From: Eimeria praecox
Lineage: Eukaryota
Direction of reading: 5' to 3'
NCBI GenBank assembly: GCA_963920595.1
Contig: OY986946.1
Coordinates: 186,001-250,000, forward strand
DNA length: 64,000 nucleotides
Part shown: in pieces, positions 43,401 through 55,400 of the stretch
How positions within the stretch are numbered: the stretch's first letter is position 1
Layout: each line of letters opens with the position of its first letter
The notes under the pieces: generated by a model
Seen by the model: the letters and a program-made list of their open reading frames with translations, nothing else
What the model was told of the DNA's origin: nothing
The model's database searches: none
Made by a program: the position numbers and the translations under genes

Positions 43401-46400
43401 GGGCCATCCCCTTTAACCCCCAGGTTTCCTTTATTTTGTGTTACTCAATAGCCGCAACTGGTGCTACAAATCCTGCTTTCTCCTGTGCGCGTGCCATGCG
43501 GATCGTGTCCACAGCCCTTGGCCGTCATGCTGCAGGCAGCAGTGCAATCTCATCTACTCCTGTCACTCGCCGAAAAGTAGCCATCAGACGCACGCGCAGT
43601 GACCTTCAATCATTGTAGACGACACAAACCAGTGCGCAGTCCGTTTTGACTCCTATTATGTACTGCGCGGCACACGCCCTGACAATTCTGTGTCACTATG
43701 TCTGATGCCAGGCTCTGTGCTACAAGCGCATGCCGGGTATCGGAAATTCCCGCCCCAGCAGACACCAAAAATAAGGGCACAGCTAAAGCAAAGAGGCTTC
43801 AACGTCTGCTGAGCCCGCAATTGCGTGAAGTGCACGCTGGCACATACACAAACATGCCTGATCGCATACAAACTGAACCGTAAACGTCCCCTTAGCCGCG
43901 TAAAAAAACTGGATTTATTTGTGGTGCTATGCACTTTCACAAACACCTCGAGCTGCTGAATGCATCGCCTCGGCGCACTTCTTAAAGCTAGTTTTGTGCA
44001 TACGTGCTGAACAAAAAGCGCACGATCCGAAGCCCGGGAGTCGTAATACTGCACCTGAAGACACGAGCACGCAAATCGCATAACCGTATTATGCGAACGT
44101 ATGCAGGTCCCCTAGCTCCTCGGCTCCTCGGGATATATAAAAACGTTTTCAAGCGTGGCCAGTAAACCAGCCAAAGATAAGGAATGTTTAAGGCGTTGAG
44201 GGAACATCAAGGGAATGGCGACGCGGAGCCTGCTTCCCGTTTGCCTCGGCATGCTACGGTGATTTGCTATCAATGCCTTGCCGTAAGCTAGCCAGAACCC
44301 ACGAAAATAGATAACACATTCATACGGTGCCACTTCGTCGAACACAAGACAGCATGGCTAGTCTCAGCAAACCAGAAGTACCAACCCGCACCACGAGCTC
44401 CGCTTTCCTTTGTGTTAAGTAATCATTATATGGTGGCTTACGGGTGCCGCATTCCTTTGTGCAAATGCTGCATGGCTCTACACAATTCGCGGCTTCGCCG
44501 TTGCTCGCGGCCCCACCTTCTCGAACCCCCATAAAACAAACAATTATTATGCTTACCCTAGGATATCGCCAAAGTTACTAAACGTGGGAGGCAAATGACC
44601 GAGCAGCGAGCAGTTCTTCCTATCCTGTGTGGGGCCGCGGATATAAAGCCTCACCAATTGATTGATAGTCTGTAGTGCCAGTCTGTCTCGCCAGCGCACT
44701 GCGCATTTTCATACACCCCGCCTCTGTAGGTACCAATCAAGAGCCCAGCTACAGCAAAGCAAGATAATCGCTTCTCTTCACGCAGGATTTCCACAAAGCT
44801 GCACGCTGCATAAGTACATCAATACATCCAGGGAGACAGCCTGAGACCTATCCATCCACCAAGCCGAGCCGACGAGTTAGCGTCAAACTGCATAGGCACT
44901 GGCCAAACCATCCCAATACTACAACGCTAGAAAAGGCTTCACCATCCTGTATCACCAGAGCAAAGCGCAAATACTACACACCTTTACAATGCTTACACAT
45001 GCACGCCCCGTAGCGTTCCGTGAGGCATCGCCTATGCTCTCTCAACAGGCCTTCCTGCTCTCTCCGCAAATACCATTTCCCAAGACGGCCCTTCAAGGCA
45101 TGCCCGTGCATATCAACGAGAACGTATATAATGCCCTCAGCCTTCCTAGAAACCCAGGACGAACCGCCGCCCGCACCGTTTGCAGAACCGTACACCCACC
45201 GCCACACGCCATGTTCCCTCAGCACAACCTTTCCCACTTTCTGCATACAGCCGTTCACACACCTGGAATTGCTTCAAACCATCACCATCCCTCTCTTTTC
45301 AAAAGCCAAAATATCTCAAAGTATCGCAAACAGCGAATGCGAACAAACACGCCACTACGGACCACTAACGCACCTCCTGTGAAACACCACACCCACTGCC
45401 ATACACCATACACAGTGATCCCACCTAGCTGCTCCCTCCTAGAACGCCCCCCACCCGTACAGTACAACGCCCATAATCACATCTGCCTCAGAGCAAGCAA
45501 GCCCTACCCATACCACGCGTGCTCACATAAACACCAACACCTCACGATACGCACTTCCTGCGAAACACCACATCCTCTCCCACACACCCTGCACCCTCAA
45601 AACATTCTCCACCCGCCCCCTGCAGACAGTTATCGGTCGGTCCCCATCAACTCCAAATAAAATCCCTGATCACCCTCATCAACCCAAACAAACATCAAAC
45701 CGCCCTCCTGCGTCTGTAGACGTTCCAGCGCACACAGCGCTACTCACCTCCTGTGAAACACCATGTAGATATCTACTCCCACGCAGCATACGCGCTCAAC
45801 GAACGCACCTTCATTCTCTCTCTCAAACTCTCCACTCCTGTACTCCACACTGTCACCACTCACCTTTGCTCCTATTTGCAAAACTAGCACAATCCACCAC
45901 GCCTTTACAGCCACTTCGCTGCGGACAACTAACTCACTTCCTGTGAACAACCATTCATATGGCCCCACACCTTGTTAACGTTAACGCACCATGCTACCCT
46001 CTCTGCACATATCCCGACCCAGGCGAACTACAGGCAACACCTGCCTCTGCTCCTGAATGTAAACCCACAACAAAACATGCGCCTATACAGGAAGGCCGCA
46101 GCAAACGACCTAACTCACCTTCGGTCAAACACAGCACCCACTCTCACACACCATCCGCTCCAAGCCCAACTGCCTCCGCTCTCTGCATGTATCCCTTACC
46201 ATACTCAACAGCCAAAACACCTGCCTCTCGTGCGAAATCGCAGCCTATCCCAAATCATCGTGTCTCTAGTCAGCATGGGCACCCTTGCGCACCTTCTGTA
46301 AAACACCACAACTACGCCAACACAAGCAGCTCATCCTGAAGGCGCCTTCTTGCTCTCCCTTTCTCTCTCTGCCTCCAACCATCTGCCCCCATGCTTAACG

Positions 46401-49400
46401 CCTCCAAGATATGCCTGTGCTGCTGAAGGGGCATCTAGCTGAAATAACCCTCTTCCCTAAAAATCAACAATCAACACAAGCCACCATGCGCACCTTCTGT
46501 GAAACATCACACCTACTCCCGCACACCATGCTCCCTCAACACCCATTGCTGCTCTATCTCCACATACCCATATCCCTCTCCAAAAGCACCTCCTCAAATA
46601 CCTGCCTCTGCGTCCCAGTGTGAGCGCACATCATATCGACAGCCTGCCTAAAAACAATCTGCACCAACCGCTTTGCGCACCCTCTGGAAAACATCACACC
46701 TACGACAATACGCCATGCCCGCTCAGCCTATACCAGCCCCCACACCTCGAAATACTTGACACGTTCGCCACCGCCATCTGCCCTCATGCGCCAAAGTTTC
46801 TCAAACAACACATGCGTACAACACACGCCACTACGGACCACTAACGCACCTCCTGTGAAACACCACACCCACTGCCATACACCATACACAGTCACCCCAC
46901 CTAGCTGCTCCCTCTTAGCACGAACCCCACCCCTACAGTACAACGTTCATCATCACATCCGCCTCAGAGCAAGCAAGCCCTACCCATACCACGCGTGCTC
47001 ACATACACACCAACAGCTCACGATACGCACTTCCTGCGAAACACCACATCCTCGCCCACACACACTGCACCCTCAAAACATTCTCCACCCGCCCCCTGCA
47101 GACAGTTATCGGTCGGTCCCCATCAACTCCAAATAAAATCCCTGATCACCCTCATCAACCCAAACAAACATCAAACCGCCCTCCTGCGTCTGTAGACGTC
47201 CCAGCATACACAACGCTACTCACCTCCTGTGAAACACCATGTAGATATCTACTCCCACGCAGCATACGCGCTCAACGAACGCACCTTCATTCTCTCTCTC
47301 AAACTCTCCACTCCTATACTCCACACTGTCACCACTCACCTCTGCTCCTATTTGCAAACCTAGCACAACCCACACGCCTTTACAGCCACTTCGCTGCGGA
47401 CAACTAGCTCACTTCCTGTGAACAACCATTCCTATTGCCCCACACCTTGTTAACGTTAACGCACCATGCTACCCTCTCTGCACATATCCCGACCCAGGCG
47501 AACTACAGTCAACACCTGCCTCTGCTCCTGAATGTAAACCCACATCAAAACATGCGCCTATACAGGAAGGCCGCAGCAAACGATCTAACTCACCTTCGGT
47601 CAAACACAGCACCCACTCTCACACACCATCCGCTCCAAGCCCACCTGCCTCCGCTCTCTGCATGTATCCCTTACCATACTCAACAGCCAAAACACCTGCC
47701 TCTCGTGCGAAATCGCAGCCTATCCCAAATCATCGTGTCTCTAGTCAGCATGGGCACCCTTGCGCACCTTCTGTAAAACACCACAACTACGCCAACACAA
47801 GCAGCTCATCCTGAATGCGCCTTCTTGCTCTCCCTTTCTCTCTCTGCCTCCAACCATCTGCCCCCATGCTTAACGCCTCCAAGACATGCCTGTGCTGCTG
47901 AATGGGCATCTAGCTGAAGTAACCCTCTTCCCTAAAAATCAACAATCAACACAAGCCACCATGCGCACCTTCTGTGAAACATCACACCTACTCCCGCACA
48001 CCATGCTCCCTCAACACCCATTGCTGCTCTATCTCCACATACCCATATCCCTCTCCAAAAGCACCTCCTCAAATACCTGCCTCTGCGTCGCAGTGTGAGC
48101 GCACATCATATCGACAGCCTGCCTAAACAAGCTGCCCCCAACCGCTTTGCGCACCCTCTGGGAAACATCACACCTGCTACAATACGCCATGCCCGCTCAG
48201 CCTATACCAGCCCCCACACCTCGAAATACTTGACACGTTCGCCACCGCCACCTGCCCTCAAGTGGCAAAGTCTCTCAGATAGCAAACGCGTACAACACAC
48301 GCCACTTCGGACCACTAACGCACCTCCTGTGAAACACCACACCCACTGCCACACACCATACACAGTGATCCCACCTAGCTGCTCCCTCCTAGAACGCCCC
48401 CGCCCCTACAGTACAACGCCCATAATCACATCCGCCTCAGACCAAGCAAGCCCTACCCATACCACGCGTGCTCACATAAACACCAACACCTCACGATACG
48501 CACTTCCTGCGAAACACCACATCCTCTCCCACACGCACTGCACCCTCAAAACATTCCCCTCCTCCCCATGCAGACAGATATCGGTCCTCATCAACTTCAC
48601 ATTAAATCGCTGCTCATCCTCATCAACCCAAACAAACATCAAACCGTCCCCCTGCGTCTGTAGACGTTCCAGGGTACACAGCGCTACTCACCTCCTGTGA
48701 AACACCATGTAGATATCTACTCCCACGCAGCATACGCGCTCAACGAACGCACCTTCATTCTCTCTCTCAAACTCTCCACTCCTATACTCCACACTGTCAC
48801 CACTCACCTCTGCTCCTATTTGCAAACCTAGCACAACCCACACGCCTTTACAGCCACTTCGCTGCGGACAACTAGCTCACTTCCTGTGAACAACCATTCC
48901 TATTGCCCCACACCTTGTTAACGTTAACGCACCATGCTACCCTCTCTGCACATACCCCGACCCAGGCGAACTAGAGTCAACACCTGCCTCTGCTCCTGAA
49001 TGTAAACCCACAACAAAACATGCGCCTATACAGGAAGGCCGCAGCAAACGATCTAACTCACCTTCGGTCAAAACACAGCACCCACTCTCACACCATCCGC
49101 TCCAAGCCCACCTGCCTCCGCTCTCTGCATGTATCCCTTACCATACTCAACAGCCATAACACCTGCCTCTCGTACGAAATCGCAACCTATCACAAATCAT
49201 CGGTGTCTCTAGTCAGCATGGGCACCCTTGCGCACCTTCTGTAAAACACCACAACTACGCCAACACAAGCAGCTCATCCTGAATGCACCTTCTTGCTCTC
49301 CCTTTCTCTATCTGCCTCCAACCATCTGCCCCCATGCTTAACGCCTCCAAGATATGCCTGCGCTGCTGAAGGGGCATCTAGCTGAAATAACCCTCTTCCC

Positions 49401-52400
49401 TAAAAATCAACAATCAACACAAGCCACCATGCGCACCTTCTGTGAAACATCACACCTACTCCCGCACACCATGCTCCCTCAACACCCATTGCTGCTCTAT
49501 CTCCACATACCCATATTCCTCTCCAAAAGCACCTCCTCGAATACCTGCCTCTGCGTCGCATTGTGAGCGCACATCATATCGACAGCCTGCCTAAAAACAA
49601 TCTGCACCAACCGCTTTGCGCACCCTCTGGAAGACATTCCACCAACGACAATACGCCATGCCCGCTCAGCCTATACCAGCCCCCACACCTCGAAATACTT
49701 GACACGTTCGCCACCGCCACCTGCTCTCAAGTGGCAAAGTCTCTCAGATAGCAAATGCGTACAACACACGCCACTTCGGACCACTAACGCACCTCCTGTG
49801 AAACACCACACCCACTGCCACACACCATACACAGTGATCCCACCTAGCTGCTCCCTCCTAGAACGCCCCCGCCCCTACAGTACAACGCCCATAATCACAT
49901 CCGCCTCAGAGCAAGCAAGCCCTACCCATACCACGCGTGCTCACATAAACACCAACACCTCACGATACGCACTTCCTGCGAAACACCACATCCTCGCCCA
50001 CACGCACTGCACCCTCAAAACATTCTCCTCCTCCCCGTGCAGACAGATATCGGTCGGTCCCCATCAACTCCAAATAAAATCCCTGATCACCCTCATCAAC
50101 CCAAACAAACATCAAACCGCCCTCCTGCGTCTGTAGACGTTCCAGCATACACAACGCTACTCACCTCCTGTGAAACACCATGTAGATATCTACTCCCACG
50201 CAGCATACGCGCTCAACGAACGCACCTTCATTCTCTCTCTCAAACTCTCCACTCCTATACTCCACACTGTCACCACTCACCTCTGCTCCTATTTGCAAAC
50301 CTAGCACAACCCACACGCCTTTACAGCCACTTCGCTGCGGACAACTAGCTCACTTCCTGTGAACAACCATTCCTATTGCCCCACACCTTGTTAACGTTAA
50401 CGCACCATGCTACCCTCTCTGCACATATCCCGACCCAGGCGAACTACAGTCAACACCTGCCTCTGCTCCTGAATGTAAACCCACATCAAAACATGCGCCT
50501 ATACAGGAAGGCCGCAGCAAACGACCTAACTCACCTTCGGTCAAACACAGCACCCACTCTCACACACCATCCGCTCCAAGCCCACCTGCCTCCGCTCTCT
50601 GCATGTATCCCTTACCATACTCAACAGCCAAAACACCTGCCTCTCGTGCGAAATCGCAGCCTATCCCAAATCATCGTGTCTCTAGTCAGCATGGGCACCC
50701 TTGCGCACCTTCTGTAAAACACCACAACTACGCCAACACAAGCAGCTCATCCTGAATGCGCCTTCTTGCTCTCCCTTTCTCTATCTGCCTCCAGCCATCT
50801 GCCCCCATGCTTAACGCCTCCAAGACATGCCTGCGCTGCTGAATGGGCATCTAGCTGAAATAACCCTCTTCCCTAAAAATCAACAATCAACACAAGCCAC
50901 CATGCGCACCTTCTGTGAAACATCACACCTACTCCCGCACACCATGCTCCCTCAACACCCATTGCTGCTCTATCTCCACATACCCATATCCCTCTCCAAA
51001 AGCACCTCCTCAAATACCTGCCTCTGCGTCCCAGTGCAAGCGCACATCATATCGACAGCCTGCCTAAACAAGCTGCCCCCAACCGCTTTGCGCACCCTCT
51101 GGAAAACATCACACCTGCTACAATACGCCATGCCCGCTCAGCCTATACCAGCCCCCACACCTCGAAATACTTGACACGATCGCCACCGTCATCTGCCCTC
51201 ATGTGCCAAAGTTTCTCAAACAACACATGCGTACAAACACGCCACTTCGGACCACCAACACACCTCCTGTGAAACACCACACCCACTGCCATACACCATA
51301 CACAGTCACCCCACCTAGCTGCTCCCTCTTAGCACGCCCCCCACCCCTACAGTACAACGTTCATCATCACATCCGCCTCAGACCAAGCAAGCCCTACCCA
51401 TACCACGCGTGCTCCCATAAACACCAACACCTCACGATACGCACTTCCTGCGAAACACCACATCCTCGCCCACACACCCTGCACCCTCAAAACATTCTCC
51501 ACCCGCCCCCTGCAGACAGTTATCGGTCGGTCCCCATCAACTCCAAATAAAATCCCTGATCACCCTCATCAACCCAAACAAACATCAAACCGCCCTCCTG
51601 CGTCTGTAGACGTTCCAGCGTACACAGCGCTACTCACCTCCTGTGAAACACCATGTAGATATCTACTCCCACGCAGCATACGCGCTCAACGAACGCACCT
51701 TCATTCTCTCTCTCAAACTCTCCACTCCTATACTCCACACTGTCACCACTCACCTTTGCTCCTATTTGCAAACCTAGCACAATCCACCACGCCTTTACAG
51801 CCACTTCGCGGCGGACAACTAGCTCACTTCCTGTGAACAACCATTCCTAATGCCCCACACCTTGTTAACGTTAACGCACCATGCTACCCTCTCTGCACAT
51901 ACCCCGACCCAGGCGAACTAGAGTCAACACCTGCCTCTGCTCCTGAATGCAAACCCACATCAAAACATGCGCCTATACAGGAAGGCCGCAGCAAACGATC
52001 TAACTCACCTTCGGTCAAACACAGCACCCACTCTCACACACCATCCGCTCCAAGCCCACCTGCCTCCGCTCTCTGCATGTGTCCCTTACCATACTCAACA
52101 GCCATAACACCTGCCTCTCGTACGAAATCGCAACCTATCCCAAATCGTCGGTGTCTCTAGTCAGCATGGGCACCCTTGCGCACCTTCTGTAAAACACCAC
52201 AACTACGCCAGCACATGCAGCTTATCCTGAATGCGCCTTCTTGCTCTCCCTTCTTATATCTGCCTCCAGCCATCTGCCCCCATGCTTAACGCCTCCAAGA
52301 CATGCCTGCGCTGCTGAATGGGCATCTAGCTGAAATAACCCTCTTCCCTAAAAATCAACAATCAACAGAAGCCACCATGCGCACCTTCTGTGAAACATCA

Positions 52401-55400
52401 CACCTACTCCCGCACACCATGCTCCCTCAACACCCATTGCTGCTCTATCTCCACATACCCATATCCCTCTCCAAAAGCACCTCCTCAAATACCTGCCTCT
52501 GCGTCCCAGTGCAAGCGCACATCATATCGACAGCCTGCCTAAACAAGCTGCCCCCAACCGCTTTGCGCACCCTCTGGAAAACATCACACCTGCTACAATA
52601 CGCCATGCCCGCTCAGCCTATACCAGCCCCCACACCTCGAAATACTTGACACGATCGCCACCGTCATCTGCCCTCATGTGCCAAAGTTTCTCAAACAACA
52701 CATGCGTACAAACACGCCACTTCGGACCACCAACACACCTCCTGTGAAACACCACACCCACTGCCATACACCATACACAGTCACCCCACCTAGCTGCTCC
52801 CTCTTAGCACGCCCCCCTCCCCTACAGTACAACGTTCATCATCACATCCGCCTCAGACCAAGCAAGCCCTACCCATACCACGCGTGCTCACATAAACACC
52901 AACACCTCACGATACGCACTTCCTGCGAAACACCACATCCTCTCCCACACACACTGCACCCTCAAAACATTCTCCACCCGCCCCCTGCAGACAGTTATCG
53001 GTCGGTCCCCATCAACTCCAAATAAAATCCCTGATCACCCTCATCAACCCAAACAAACATCAAACCGCCCTCCTGCGTCTGTAGACGTTCCAGCGTACAC
53101 AGCGCTACTCACCTCCTGTGAAACACCATGTAGATATCTACTCCCACGCAGCATACGCGCTCAACGAACGCACCTTCATTCTCTCTCTCAAACTCTCCAC
53201 TCCTATACTCCACACTGTCACCACTCACCTTTGCTCCTATTTGCAAACCTAGCACAATCCACCACGCCTTTACAGCCACTTCGCGGCGGACAACTAGCTC
53301 ACTTCCTGTGAACAACCATTCCTAATGCCCCACACCTTGTTAACGTTAACGCACCATGCTACCCTCTCTGCACATACCCCGACCCAGGCGAAATAGAGTC
53401 AACACCTGCCTCTGCTCCTGAATGCAAACCCACATCAAAACATGCGCCTATACAGGAAGGCCGCAGCAAACGATCTAACTCACCTTCTGTCAAACACAGC
53501 ACCCACTCTCACACACCATCCGCTCCAAGCCCACCTGCCTCCGCTCTCTGCATGTATCCCTTACCATACTCAACAGCCATAACACCTGCCTCTCGTACGA
53601 AATCGCAACCTATCACAAATCGTCGGTGTCTCTAGTCAGCATGGGCACCCTTGAGCACCTGCTGTAAAACACCACAACTACGCCAGCACATGCAGCTTAT
53701 CCTGAATGCGCCTTCTTGCTCTCCCTTCTTATATCTGCCTCCAGCCATCTGCCCCCATGCTTAACGCCTCCAAGACATGCCTGCGCTGCTGAATGGGCAT
53801 CTAGCTGAAATAACCCTCTTCCCTAAAAATCAACAATCAACAGAAGCCACCATGCGCACCTTCTGTGAAACATCACACCTACTCCCGCACACCATGCTCC
53901 CTCAACACCCATTGCTGCTCTATCTCCACATACCCATATCCCTCTCCAAAAGCACCTCCTCAAATACCTGCCTCTGCGTCCCAGTGCAAGCGCACATCAT
54001 ATCGACAGCCTGCCTAAACAAGCTGCCCCCAACCGCTTTGCGCACCCTCTGGAAAACATCACACCTGCTACAATACGCCATGCCCGCTCAGCCTATACCA
54101 GCCCCCACACCTCGAAATACTTGACACGTTCGCCACCGCCATCTGCCCTCATGTGCCAAAGTTTCTCAAACAACACATGCGTACAAACACGCCACTTCGG
54201 ACCACCAACACACCTCCTGTGAAACACCACACCCACTGCCATACACCATACACAGTCACCCCACCTAGCTGCTCCCTCTTAGCACGCCCCCCACCCCTAC
54301 AGTACAACGTTCATCATCACATCCGCCTCAGACCAAGCAAGCCCTACCCATACCACGCGTGCTCACATAAACACCAACACCTCACGATACGCACTTCCTG
54401 CGAAACACCACATCCTCGCCCACACACACTGCACCCTCAAAACATTCTCCACCCGCCCCCTGCAGACAGTTATCGGTCGGTCCCCATCAACTCCAAATAA
54501 AATCCCTGATCACCCTCATCAACCCAAACAAACATCAAACCGCCCTCCTGCGTCTGTAGACGTTCCAGCGTACACAACGCTACTCACCTCCTGTGAAACA
54601 CCATGTAGATATCTACTCCCACGCAGCATACGCGCTCAACGAACGCACCTTCATTCTCTCTCTCAAACTCTCCACTCCTATACTCCACACTGTCACCACT
54701 CACCTCTGCTCCTATTTGCAAACCTAGCACAATCCACCACGCCTTTACAGCCACTTCGCGGCGGACAACTAGCTCACTTCCTGTGAACAACCATTCCTAT
54801 TGCCCCACACCTTGTTAACGTTAACGCACCATGCTACCCTCTCTGCACATACCCCGACCCAGGCGAACTAGAGTCAACACCTGCCTCTGCTCCTGAATGC
54901 AAACCCACATCAAAACATGCGCCTATACAGGAAGGCCGCAGCAAACGATCTAACTCACCTTCGGTCAAACACAGCACCCACTCTCACACACCATCCGCTC
55001 CAAGCCCACCTGCCTCCGCTCTCTGCATGTATCCCTTACCATACTCAACAGCCATAACACCTGCCTCTCGTGCGAACTCGCAGCCTATCCCAAATCATCG
55101 GTGTCTCTAGTCAGCATGGGCACCCTTGCGCACCTTCTGTAAAACACCACAACTACGCCAGCACATGCAGCTTATCCTGAAGGCGCCTTGTTGCTCTCCC
55201 TTTCTCTATCTGCCTCCAGCCATCTGCCCCCATGCTTAACGCCTCCAAGACATGCCTGTGCTGCTGAAGGGGCATCTAGCTGAAATAACCCTCTTCCCTA
55301 AAAATCAACAATCAACACAAGCCACCATGCGCACCTTCTGTGAAACATCACACCTACTCCCGCACACCATGCTCCCTCAACACCCATTGCTGCTCTATCT

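Larger units (their letters stand above)
19209..45020. repeat. Ancient, highly diverged tandem array of ~1-kb units (right part, 30 units), same family and orientation as the left part
   Basis: Same ordered motifs, e.g. tctgtctcgcaaacgcata-like at 27855, 28801, 29485, 30457, 33031, 34776, 35769, 37272, 41022, 43711, 44680; gcacctactccgaac-like at 19540, 20391, 27491, 28475, 30090, 31155, 35421, 37600, 39610, 42417, 44328. Unit spacing is ~540-1100 bp. Confidence 0.9.

Noticed and set aside
407..44081. Repeated minus-strand peptide motif RYxICxCExE in many short ORFs, suggesting a degenerate multigene family
   Set aside because: It is the translation of one conserved nucleotide motif. Other frames are open as often, flanks are frameshifted, and no recognisable domain emerges.
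1..45020. Transposon, rRNA, tRNA or snRNA origin for the 1-kb unit
   Set aside because: No terminal repeats, target-site duplications, RT/transposase ORF remnants or recognisable structural RNA motifs seen by eye. An Rfam/Dfam search of the consensus would be needed to exclude this formally.
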